DNA of 64,000 bases, taken from Hemiscyllium ocellatum. Its lineage: Eukaryota. How positions within the stretch are numbered: position 1 is the first letter of the stretch; the number at the start of each line of letters is the position of its first letter. Positions 12,301 through 23,600 of this stretch are shown one piece after another. The stretch lies in NCBI RefSeq assembly GCF_020745735.1, contig NC_083435.1, forward strand, positions 12,555,201 through 12,619,200. The letters run 5' to 3'. The position numbers were made by a program, and so were the translations under genes. The notes beneath the pieces were generated by a model. That model did no database searches. It was not told the DNA's origin and saw only the letters and a list, made by a program, of their open reading frames with translations.

Positions 12301-15300
12301 GCCACAGGAGAGTTCTGCACTACTTAACTATCCCTCCAACCTTTCCTCTCCAATGTCTACACACCTTCCTGAGAATGTGTCAATAATATCCTCTAAAGAA
12401 TTTGAAATGGAACACTCTAGTTTCCCTTGCAAATTTAGTGTTGGATATTAGAATTCATGCTCTATTCCTCTCATTACACAGATCCCTTAATTTGCCAACT
12501 TTCAGTTGTTAAATGTTTACAGCCTTTGTTTTTGTTTATGGTCCAGTGAATTTTGGTGCAAAATGCCAGATAACTTCAGACACTGATCCAAAGGAAACCA
12601 CAGAAAAGAGAAACATGAGAAATAAAAATGTTTAGAGGTTTAACAGCCAGTCATGCAAATAAATTTTCTGAGGCATAGAGGCCACTGTAGCATCTTCACA
12701 ACTCAATTCATTATCTGGAAAATTAATTTTAAGAGTTTTACCAGGGCTAATGATGTCCATCATTTCTCTCCACACTGTATACTGTAAAGGACCATTGAAT
12801 TTTCCGGTAGACAGGGTGGTATTTCTTAATGAGAGTGGTTGGTACGCCTCCTTAGTACTGCAAAAATAAATAGTGTTATTAATAACTAGTGAAATTCATT
12901 TTCATTAGGATATTTAAAGAAATTATATGAATGGTCAAGCTATTCCAACTTTCTCAGACTTGGGTTCATTTCATGTCAGGGAAGTTAATCTTGTTTCTTT
13001 AACTGAGCAAATGAAATCTTACGAAGACAAGGACAAAGAAAGTAAAAGCCCAAATCAATAGAAAAGTCCAATAGATTAATTAAACTAATGGATTCGTTGG
13101 CAGGACATCACATCTGACAAACAAACAGTGGCTCAGTAGTTAGCACTGCTGCCTCACAGTACCAGAGCCCCAGGTTCCATTCCAGCCTTGGATGACTGTC
13201 TGTGTGGAGTTTGCACATTCTCCCTGTGTCTGCATGGGTTTCCTCCGGGTGCTGTGGTTTCCTCCCGCAGTCCAAAAATGTGCAGGTTAGGTGAACTAGC
13301 CATGCTAAATTGCCCGTAGTGCTAGGGACACTAGTCAGAGGAAAATGGCACTGGGTGGGTTACTCTTCGGAGGGTCATTGGGCTGAAGGGCCTGTTTCCA
13401 CATTGTAGGGAATCTAATCTTTTCTAAAAAGAAAGGCATTCAGCTCAAAAACTTGCTGCCCCATAAACAAGACTAAAGGCTGTAAATACTTGAACAACTG
13501 AAAATTGGGTACGTGCTGACTATCCAATTATGCAATATGTGAGGCACATAGCACTCCAAAAACTCTGCTCTCCTCTACTCCTGAATTCTTCAACATCTGA
13601 CCTGGAGCAGTGGCAGCAGCCCAGTGCAGGAGTGGGGGCAATGGCCTGGTGTGGGAGTGAGAGAAAGCAACCCAATGAAGTGCATGATGGCAGCCTGCAC
13701 TCAGGCCATGAGGAAGCCCCCTGAACTGGTCTGCTGGGGAGAGCTCTTGGAGCTAGATTGTGACATTTGTCTTTTTAACGTTGATTCTTGTTTTTCTGAC
13801 ATATAGTTATAATGTGTATAGCTGTCATGTAACTTGTTTTTCTCCATTTCTCTATTCTGTAACTGAGGATTATACCCAGGTACCATTGCATGCAAGATGG
13901 CACCATAAGTAACTTTTCACTGTACTTATTTGAGGGCATGCAACAATAATTCTATTATATTCTATTCATCTCTAATTTTAGTTGCTCCACCATTGGTTGC
14001 AGGACTTTCAGCTGCCCAGTCCTTAACCTCTAGAAAGAACACCTTAAAACTCTTCATCTTCAATTCCCTTTTGTCCTTTAATGCATTTACTATCAACCTA
14101 CTCCGCTGAGTGTTAACATCTCCTAGAGGACTCAATGTCACATTTTGGTCTCAAACACCACTGTGCAGCACTTCAGATGGCATAATATATTAAACACATT
14201 AGAAAATGAAAATTGCTGCTCATGACAAAACAATAATGCATTATCACGTAAACATTCAAAAGAACTCTCCATTAAGACCTGACTTTCTGAGATTGATCAG
14301 ATGTCCTGCAGTTGCTTGAATGGCCTAAGACTTGAAAATCTAGGCAAGGAAGTGTTGCTCGCTCAGTGTCAATTTACCTCACTAGCAGACTGGAGCTTAA
14401 AATGGCCACTGTGAACTTTTGGAAAATGGTCTATTATTGATATACCATATTTCAAAACCATTATTAATAACATGGTTAAATTATACTATTTTTAAAAAAT
14501 AAATTAAGTTATTGTTATCCAATTAATAATTCTTTTAAGATAATTATGGCATTGTCTGAAGAAACGAAATCCACTAACAACCCTGGCAACAAACTCAGCC
14601 ATTTTTCAGTGAAGAACATGCCCTTACCTTCTCTTCTGACAAGCCTCCTCCTAGAATAAATAAAACAACAATTATTGAGCATGATAGTAAAAATTTCAGG
14701 AGAAGATAGGATAATGAAACAAACAGACACTGAGCAGAATGAGATTTCATGCAGAAGGGAAAAATGAAGTATTTTGCAGGAACAATGAGGAGAGACAATA
14801 TAAATTAAATGCTGCAGTTTAAATGGGAGAATAATAATACAAATCTTCAAGGTAATTGGATAAAAAGTAAGAGGTTTTCATTTACCAATGATTGTTAATG
14901 ATTTGCACCAACATGATGGAGAAAGCACATTTAGTTGAAATTTTTGGGAGAGAATTATGTGAAAAGGAGATATTTGCTCATTACATCAGGAAAAGGCAGG
15001 GGCAGTGAAATTAATTGGATAACTCTTCCATTAAACAGGAAGGATGGACTGAATTATACAAAGCTTAGTGAGACCATATTTGGAGTAGTAAGTGCAGCTT
15101 TAGTCTTCTTAACTGAGGAAAGGTGTTCGGGATTTATAGACAGTGCGACAAAGGTTACCAAACTGATTTAAGACATGTCAGGATTGATATATGAAGACAG
15201 ACTGGGCTATATTCACTGGGATTTAGAAGAATGCGGAGGGTTCTCATTGAAATTTACACTGGCCACAATAAGTGCAGGAAGGATATTCCTGATGACTAGG

Positions 15301-17064
15301 AAGTTCAGAACCAGGGGCCACTGTCAACAGATACCAGCTTGGCCACCTAGGACTGAGGTGAGAAGAAGTTTCTTCATCCAGAGAATAGTGAGCCTGTTGA
15401 ATTCTTTGCCACAGAAATTGGTTGAGGCCAAAACATTGTATGCTTTCAAAAAGATTTTTTTTTACGTATATAGTTATTAGGGCTAAAGGGATCAAAGGGT
15501 ATGTGGAGGAAATTGCAACAAGTGAAGTATTTTGCAGGAAAAATGAGGAGAGACAATATAAACTAAATGCTGCAGTTTAAATGGGGGAATAAACACACAA
15601 ATTTTCAAGGTAATTGGATAAAAAGTAAGAGGTTTTCATCTGTTGGATGATCAGCCACAATAACATTGAATGACAGAGCAGGCTTAAATGGCTGAATGGC
15701 CTTCTCATGCTCTCATTTACTATGTTTCTTTCTGTGTTGCAGAATTAATGATTTAATTAAGATGGTCTATATGTCGGATACTATATCTCAATATCAGCTA
15801 CACTCAGAGACACAATATCTCACAGTCACCTTATGAGACAAACCCCTGTGAAATGGCAACTGAATTACAATGTGAACATCAGAAGAAAATTACACTTATG
15901 AACAGGGAAACAATTCCACACATAAGTTTCTAGATCATGACAATTCATTCACGAAAGATTTATTGTATTCCTGAGAATCTGCAGACAGTGTGGGAGCAGT
16001 TAATACAGTGACAACAGCAGAACTATCCAGGAATTAGCACAAATTTAGGTTAATTGTGCTTCTATTAAAAAAAAGAGTAGTTTATTAAATTCAAAGTTAT
16101 CACCTTTTTTTGTGATTAATACACTGGCCGGTATTATAATCCTACCTTCAGAAACATCAGCTCGTCCCTTTCCTCCATCTGTTTCTGTAACTTTGAGAGC
16201 TTCACTTCAATGGAACTTAATTTCAGGCGGATGTCTTGAAGGTTTTTCTCCATTGGTTCTACAATCCTCTCCTCTTCTTCCCTGAGATCTCTGAGTAAAC
16301 GCTGCTCTTTCTCAGTGAGAATCTGGTGCATTTTAGTGAACTCGGATGTGATGTGGGTCTGCAGACTGCTCGCCTGTTCCTACCAAATGAAATGTGAAAC
16401 CTCATTAATGTCCCGCGGTAAAGGGAACAAAACTAACCGAGATCCCAGAAAATCAGCACAGGGAGACCTCACCCTCACTTCGGAAATCTTCCCTTTCTGG
16501 GTCAGTTCTGTTTCGAGAACTGCCGATTTCTTCTCTGTGAGAGAATCAATGGAAGATTTCAGCCGATTCTAATATCCGAGAGAAATATAGAGAATTAGAC
16601 CATGCCATTGTGAACAGATAGTAAGTTTATATTTTTTTCTCTCTCTCATTTACCTTATAGACTTCAACTGCTTCTTTAATCGGTAGGAATTTGTGGAGTG
16701 CGTGTTCACGCGAATCACGACAAATTAAACAGCTCAATTTTTTTTCAGTTACACAGAACAGCTTCAAATCTTCCTGATGATGCTCACATTGAAGGTTACG
16801 TTCCTCCCTGTTCGGTTCCAAATTTAATGCTCGAGCTTTCTCGGCCAGACTCGTTAAGGCCCAGTTCACTCTTAGGCTAATTTCGGGAAATTCACTTCTA
16901 CATTCCGGGCAGGAATGTCCCTGCCCATTTTCCCAACTCTGGGTGATGCAGGAGCGACAGAAGTTGTGTCCACACTCCAGTGATACCGGGTCCCTGAAGA
17001 AATCCAGACAAATGGGACAAATGACCTCCTCGGTCAAGCTGCGGAGCTGCTGCCTGGAAGCCAT
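6378..17064 (-). CDS. TRIM-A: RING/B-box2/coiled-coil/PRY-SPRY (B30.2) E3 ligase, TRIM39/A33/nuclear factor 7-like, 476 aa, 6 coding exons
   Basis: Exons 17064-16654 (411 nt; C3HC4 RING CPIC..CGHNFCRSC..CPEC, B-box CEHH..C..C..C..H..H), 16568-16473 (96), 16379-16146 (234), 14650-14628 (23), 12857-12742 (116), 6928-6378 (551; LTLDPNTA..GRHYWEVEV..KIGVFLDYE, TGA). All introns GT-AG, phases give one open frame, and exon sizes match the other two paralogs. Confidence 0.93.
8711..8915. mobile_element. Palindromic PLE-derived insertion (perfect 79-bp arms, 14-bp TSD)
   Basis: Arms 8711-8789 and 8797-8875 are exact reverse complements; TSD AGGTTATATTCCAT at 8697-8710 and 8916-8929. Confidence 0.92.
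8985..9310 (+). mobile_element. CR1-like LINE 3' end
   Basis: ORF2 C-terminus (FF.QRVV..WNEL..EVV) and ctctatgact tail. Confidence 0.85.
9636..9925 (-). mobile_element. CR1-like LINE 3' end
   Basis: Same motif on the minus strand (ORF 9710-9901). Confidence 0.85.
9950..10206 (+). mobile_element. Deu-domain SINE (SacSINE1-like)
   Basis: AAAACCCATCT.GTTCA.TAAT..C.TTTAGGGAAGGAAATCTG..CAGCAATGTGGTTGACTCT core, GGGCAATAAATG tail and terminal A-run. Confidence 0.7.
10210..10780 (-). mobile_element. CR1 endonuclease-region fragment interrupted by an HE1 tail
   Basis: Matches 43900-44360; HE1 tail at about 10420-10523. Confidence 0.7.
10855..11822 (+). mobile_element. Penelope-like element 3' part (family 1), GIY-YIG region and pLTR
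   Basis: FPCHCRNCKTC, VIYCIRCSRCGLLYIGK, LIFRLGTLQPQGI motifs; degenerate hammerhead at about 11698-11733. Confidence 0.85.
11830..12350 (-). mobile_element. CR1 ORF1 (esterase-like) fragment
   Basis: GDSLVR-like motif near 12150, similar to 37710-37900. Confidence 0.55.
13127..13420 (+). mobile_element. HE1-like V-SINE
   Basis: Head, V-domain and tail as at 1863. Confidence 0.88.
14765..15639 (+). repeat. 117-bp direct repeat (14765-14881 and 15523-15639); second copy lies inside a CR1 3' end (about 15065-15730)
   Basis: TGAAGTATTTTGCAGGAA...AAGTAAGAGGTTTTCAT occurs twice with few mismatches. Confidence 0.85.
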
Positions 17065-18204
17065 TTTCACACCCTGATTTTGGTCAAACCAGTTTTCCTT
17101 TCATGAACACTTCAATGCTGAATACCTTGAGTTCAGCGATTTCCAGATGATTTCCCCGGAATGCTTACAGCATTGTTAATTTTGAACAAAGTTTCTGTCC
17201 AATCCACTTTTTTCTTCCCCTAAAGGAAAGATTAGAGCACTTCGATGCAGGAACAAAGTCGGGAACAAACAAACTTCCTGAATGCAGATCACGAGGGTGA
17301 TGATCAGTGGGAGAATCTGGCAGTGGGGGAGGGTGAGAAGAGTGGGACAGAGGAGATGGGCGTGGAGGGAGCCATTTCATTCCTGGACTCACTACAGGTT
17401 GCAAACCCAAGGCATGAGATCCAGAATTTGAGACAGAATACTGTCTGTGGCTGCAGACGACCACCCTTAAACATAGAGGTTGAAAAATCTCCAAGGTATA
17501 CCCTGATAGACACATACAGAAAACATATTTTCCCCGGGATTAGACCCGTGAGGCTCGGTTTAATTTTCTGGAAACTCCTGCACTTATGTGCCATTCACAA
17601 CTACAAAAACATTAAATGCATGTGTTCCCTAAATGTGCACTCTCTGGATGGTGCGTGTCCGGTATGAACTGCCACAGGAAGTGGTGGAACCAGGTACAGT
17701 TGCAACTAAAAGGGCATCTGGATGGGTATATAAATAGGAATGGTTTAGATGGATTTGGGCAAATGGGACTAGACTAATTGAGGATATCTGGTCGGCAGAG
17801 ACAAGTTGGACCGAAAGGTCTGATCCCTTGTTGTACATCGCTGTGAGTCTATGACGACGACTCCTTGATGTCACACTCAATAAAACGGATCATTGACAGC
17901 AAGTCCAGCCACTTGGCGTCCAAGGTCCAGTTCCACATGGGAGCCCTGCCACGCTGAAACGCTGTTTGCCCTTGAACTCGGTTTTCTCTCCGCGTGCATA
18001 ACTGGATGGGATTCATGTGAGTGTGTAATAATTCCGTGATGAATGCTGTGACTGGTTTCTGTGTTTATTCGGAAGTGATGTGGTAGCATTGCGGAGGGTG
18101 CAGAGGAGATTTACCTTGAAGTTGCCTGGGCTAGCGAGTTTTAATAATAAGAGAGAATGGGCTGACTGGGTTTATTTTCCTTAAAGCACAGAACATAATC
18201 GAGA

Positions 18205-18720
18205 TAGAATCATAGAGATGTACAACACGGAAACGGACTCTTCGGTCCAACTCGTCCATGCCGACCTGAAGTACTAAATTAATCACATCCCATTTGCCAG
18301 CATTTGGCCCATATCCCTCTAAACCCTTCCTATTCATGTACCCATCCAGATGCTTTTTAAATGTTGCAATTGTACTAGCCTCCACCACTTCCTCTGGCAG
18401 TCCATTCCATACACGCACAACTCTCTGCGTGAAAAAGTTGCCCCTTATGTCCCTTTTAAATTTTCCCCGCTCACCCTGAACCTTTGTCCTCTACTTCTGG
18501 AGTCTCCCACCCCAGGGAAAAGACCTTGTCTATTTACCCTTTCTATGTGCCTCGTGATTTTATAAACCTCTATAAAGTCACCCCTCAGCCTCCGACGCTC
18601 CAGGTAAAACATGTCCAGTCTATTCAGCCTCTTCCTATAGCTCAAACTCTCCAAACCTGGCAACATGCTTGTAAATTTTTTCTGAACCAGTTCAAGTTTC
18701 ACAACGTCCTTCCATAGGGA
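18205..18720 (-). mobile_element. CR1-like LINE 3' part
   Basis: ORFs 18131-18418 and 18445-18759 (KDVVKLE..LERRRLRGD..). Confidence 0.88.
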
Positions 18721-18793
18721 TAACCAGGAAGAAACTTCTCCCCTTGATGGAGGGATCAATAACCAGTGAGCATAAATTTAAAGTAATGGTTTA

Positions 18794-19309
18794 AAATCTG
18801 ATTGAAGATTTGTAGCTCGGGTATCCGTTGTTGTGGTTCTGCTCGCCGAGCTGGAAGTTTTTTGCTGCAAACGTTTCGTTCCCTGGCTAGGGAACATCAT
18901 CAGTGCTGTTGGAGCCTCCTGTGAAGCGCTGCTTTGATGTTTCTTCCGGTATTTATATTGGTTTGTTCTTGCCGCTTCCGGGTGTCAGTTTCAGCTGCAG
19001 TGATTTGTATGTGGGGTCCAGGTCGATGTGTCTGTTGATGGATGTTCTTGCCGTTTCCGGGTGTCAGTTTCAGCTGTAGTGGTTTGTATATGGTGTCCAG
19101 GTCAATGTGTCTGTTGATGGAGTTTGGGGATGAATACCATGCTTCTAGGAATTCTCTGGCTGTTCTCTGTCTGGCTTGTCCTATGATAGTGGTGTTTTCC
19201 CAGTCAAATTCATGTTGCTGGTTGTCTGAGTGTATGGCTACTAGGGATAGCTGGTCGTGTCGTTTTGTGGCTAGCTGATGTTCATGGATGCGGATTGTTA
19301 GCTGTCTTC
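18794..19309 (-). mobile_element. Penelope-like element (family 2) 3' end with 13-bp TSD
   Basis: Minus frame RIHEHQLATKRHDQLSLVAIH..HEFDWENTTIIGQA..REFLEAWYS (GIY-YIG C-terminus); TSD AAGTAATGGTTTA at 18781-18793 and 19310-19322. Confidence 0.88.
18867..18906 (-). ncRNA. Minimal type I hammerhead ribozyme motif (PLE family 2)
   Basis: GCA-CUGAUGA-U-GUUCCCU-AGCC-AGGGAAC-GAAACGUU-UGC. Confidence 0.75.
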
Positions 19310-19755
19310 AAGTAATGGTTTAGAGAAGATGCGAGGAAGAACCTTTTCATCCAGAGGGGAGTAGAAATCTGAATATGTGAGGGTGGTAGAGACAGAAACA
19401 GTCCGAACAATTAGGAAGTTAGAAATTAAATGGGCCAAAGCACACAGGCTAGGCCCAAGCGCTGGAAAATGGAATTGGGTTTAGTTAGGTGGACGTCTTT
19501 GACCAGCACAGACTGGATGAGCCGAAGGGCCTTTTCTGTGTTATAGAAATCTATGATCCAGCTGCAATATTGCATCCGAGTCTAGGCACTGCGCTTCAGG
19601 AATTATTGGAAAACAATAGATTCATGGGAATGGTTCCGGGGGTGAGGAAGTTTGGTCATGAAGATATATTAGAAAAGCTAGAACTGTTTACTTGGACTTC
19701 ACCTGAGGAATGAGCAGCGCTTTGAAAGCTTGCGATTACAAGTAAACCTGTAACT

Positions 19756-20135
19756 TGTGACATGCAGGTCCTGGGCCTCCTCCGTCGCCAAACCCTTACC
19801 ACCCGACGTCTGGAGGAAGAACGCCTCATCTTCCGCCTTGGGACCCTCCAACCACACGGAATCAAAGTGGAATTCACCAGTTTCCTCATTTCCCCTCCCC
19901 CCACCTTATCTCCGATCCAACCTTCCAACTGGGCAACGTCTTCTTGACCTGCCCTATCTATCCATCTTCCATCCTACCCATCCGCTCCGACCTAACACTT
20001 CCACCTCCACCTTCACCTTCCCATTGCAGTCTCAGCGACCTTTCCCCGAAACGTCGATCCTCCGGCTCCTCGGATGCTGCCTGACCCGCACTGATCAACT
20101 CTGATCTCCAGCATCTGCAGTCCTCACTTTCTCCT
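19756..20135 (+). mobile_element. Penelope-like element 3' fragment (family 1)
   Basis: MQVLGLL..RRLEEERLIFRLGTLQPHGIKVEF followed by pLTR tail. Confidence 0.85.
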
Positions 20136-20601
20136 AACGTCTGACTTTGTCCACCGCAGTCAAACCCCCGACACCTCCACCATGCTTTCTTTAGAGAAGC
20201 CAAGGCTGAGCGGGGAAGCGATTGAAGGATTTTAGAACAAGACAGGAATGCTACTCGTGAAAGGATTGGTTTTCAGCCAGCGGGTGGCGAATATCTGACA
20301 TCCCTATCCCGAGGATGTGGTGCGGGTCGGTTCAATCGAATCCTTCAAGGTTGATTTTGACTTTTATTTGAAAACTAACGATGCGCAGAATGAAGGAGAG
20401 AAAGCAGGGGAACGGCTCTGGAGATGTGGCGGTCATTGGAAGAGCCAGTGCAGTACCAAAGGGCCGGACGGTCTCATTCCGCACTGTAACAATTCCGTGA
20501 CCTTCAGCAGGAAGTCACAAAACTGGATGTTCCCGGCAGCACAGCACCAGCAACATTGAAACAGATAAACGGTTTCAAACAGAAGTGTCGAGTGTGTAAA
20601 C

Positions 20602-23600
20602 ATGGCTTCCAGACAGCAGGCCGAGAGTAGGACTGAAAAACACATTTGTCCCATTTGTCTGGATTTCTTTCCCAATCTCGTTCCACTGGAGTGTGGACAC
20701 TACTCCTGCCGCACCTGTATCACCCAGAGTTGGGAAAACTCCTGCCCGGAATGTCGAGAGGTAGGAAACCTCGGGGTAAACCGCACCTTGACGAATCCGG
20801 CCCGGGACGGTCGAAAGTTAAAGCTGGATCCGAAAAAGAGGGCAAATAGACTTCACTGTGAGGAACATCAGGAAGAGCTGAAACTGTTTTGTGAAACTGA
20901 CAAGAAATTGATCTGTCTGATTTGTCGGGATTCGCGGGAACACAAATCTCACAACTTCATGCCGGTCAATGAAGCTGTTGAAATCTACCAGGTAATGGGA
21001 ATGACTTGACATCTGATTTTCCTCAATTACATTTTTCATGGTTTAAAATTTCATTTCTGTCGTTTTACTGTCCCAACCCCAGGATCAGTTGAAATCTTCC
21101 CTAAGTTCTCTCACAGAGAAGAAATCGGCAGTTCGAGAAAAGGAACTGACCCAGAAACGGAAGATTTCCGAAGTGAGGGTGAGCTCTCCCTGTGCTGATT
21201 TTCTGGGATCTCGGTTAGTTTTGTTCACTTTACCGCGGGACATTAATGAGGTTTCACATTTCATTTGGTAGGAACAGGCGAGCAGACTGCAGACCCACAT
21301 CACATCCGAGTTCACGAAAATGCACCAGATTCTCACTGAGAAAGAGCAGCGTTTACTCAGAGATCTCAGGGAAGAAGTGGACAGGATTCTGGAACCAATG
21401 GAGAGAAACCGTCAAGAGATTCAGGACCATTTAAGTTCTATTGAGAAGGACATTTCAAAACTGCAGAAAGAAATAAGGCAAAAAGACGAGGTGGCATTTC
21501 TGATGGTGAGGTGCTTGAGAAAGTGCTGGAGAAACTCAGCAGGTCTGGCAGCATCTGTGAAAAGAAAACGGTGTTAGCGTTTGCAGTCCAATGTGTTTGC
21601 TCACTGAAACATCAGACAGTTACAAAACAACTGACTTGTAACATTGAAATAAATGCAGCACTTAATTAAACAAAGAAAAGCAGGTTTTAACCCATTGACT
21701 TATCATTTCCGGAGTGGTTCTGCTGTTGATTTAATTGATTCTCACACTGTCTACCTGCAACACCTCAGGATTGCATTGTGGTGATCTTAACCCTTAACTT
21801 TAGTGTTGCACAAGTTTAATATTGTTTAGGAGTTCACAATAATTTTATATCTTTTTCCTTTTTAAGTCTACACCCAATTCTACTTTGGAAAGTGCTGTGG
21901 GCATGTTTCTCCCCTCGTGTCAGGCAGTACATTCCGATTACCAGCTCTAAAGAATAGGCCCATGACCTGAAACATTCATTTGGTTAAACTTTGCACACTT
22001 GTTGCCAGTCCTGCTGAGTAATTACAGTATTATCTGTTTTGATTCATTGTTATTGTTAAAAAACGAATCTTAACAGTCCGATTTTGCCAAGTTCCCGCAG
22101 TTCCCCATGTTCCTATTTAAAACACACATTTCCTTATTTGGTCATGGGATGTGGATGCTTTTGCCAGCATTAATTTCTGATCCCTAAGTGCTCCGGAGAA
22201 GCTGATGAGAGCTGCCTTGTTGAGCCATTGCCGTTATTGGAGTGAAGGGCCACCTATATTATTCTTAGGAAGGAAATTCCAGGACAAGACCCAGTGACAC
22301 AAAAAGCAACGGCAATATATTTTGAAGCCAGGGTGATGTGTGGCTTAGAGGGGAATTCACCGATGGTGTTGTTTCTACGCATCTCCTGTCATTCTCCTTT
22401 TACGTGGCAGATATCGTGGATTTGGAAGGTGGTACTGGAGGAAGCTTGGTGAGTTGTTTCAGTGTATCTTGTCGATGGTGCACACTGTTGCCTTGGGAAG
22501 AAATGACTGTTGGAGCTGGGTTGTCAATTAAGTTGCACATGTGTTGCTGGTCAAAGCACAGCAGGCCAGGCAGCATCTCAGGAATAGAGAATTCGACGTT
22601 TCGAGCATAAGCCCTTCATCAGGAATAAGAGAGAGAGCCAAGCAGGCTAAGATAAAAGGTAGGGAGGAGGGACTAGGGGGAGGGGCGATGGAGGTGGGAT
22701 AGGTGGAAGGAGGTCAAGGTGAGGGTGATAGGCCGGAGTGGGGTGGGGGCGGAGAGGTCAGGAAGAGTCTGTGCAGAGGAGATGACCTGGGGGGTGCAAT
22801 GAGAGAGAGACTCACTGAAATCCTTGTAGAGGGAGGAAGAGAGCTGATTTGTTCTGGATAATGTCAAGCTTGTTGAATGTTTTCGGAGCTGCTCTCATTC
22901 ATCACATCTCGGACCTGTGCCTTGCATAGATGGTGGGGAGAAAGGAGACAAGTTATTCACCAGTCAAGTTTTAGCCTCTGAACTGTTTTAAAGCATTATT
23001 GTTTATGTCTGATCCAGTTCAGTTTCTAGTCAATGGTAACACACAGGATGTAGAAAGTGGGGTATTAAGCGATGATTGTAATGCCATACAATGTCAAGGG
23101 CAATGGTTAGAATCTCTCTTGTTAAAGATGATCATTGTCCGGCATTTGTATGTCTCAAATGTTACTTGCCACTTTTTAGCCTAAGCTTGAACCTCCTAAG
23201 CACCAGGTCTTGCTGCTTATGGATATAGACTGCTTTTGGAATCTGAGCAGTGATGAATGGTGCAGAACATTGTGAACGACTGCACTCCTGACCTTAGGAT
23301 GGAGGGCAGATCATTGACAAAACAGTTAAAGATGGTTGAGTCTAGGACACTACTTTAAGAAATTCAGGGCTCTTGTGCCACAGTGATAGAGACACTGCCT
23401 CTGACCCAGAGTGTATAAGCCCTTCATCAGGAATGCCAGGAGGCCAGTGTTCAAGACCCACATGCCTCAGAGGTGTGTAATAACAACTCTAAACAAGTTG
23501 ATTCAGAAAATATCTACCCTGAAGAACTTCTGGTGTCCTGGGCCCAGATGATTAAATCCACAACCACAATGTAGTTCCTTTGTCCTAGATGTGACTCCAA

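Noticed and set aside
16315-16572. Conserved antisense ORF shared with 21085-21336
   Set aside because: Shadow of the homogenised exon 2-intron 2-exon 3 tract; non-ATG start and no independent evidence.
17245-17667. 140-aa ORF upstream and antisense of TRIM-A
   Set aside because: No recognisable domain, and its end runs into a CR1 fragment.
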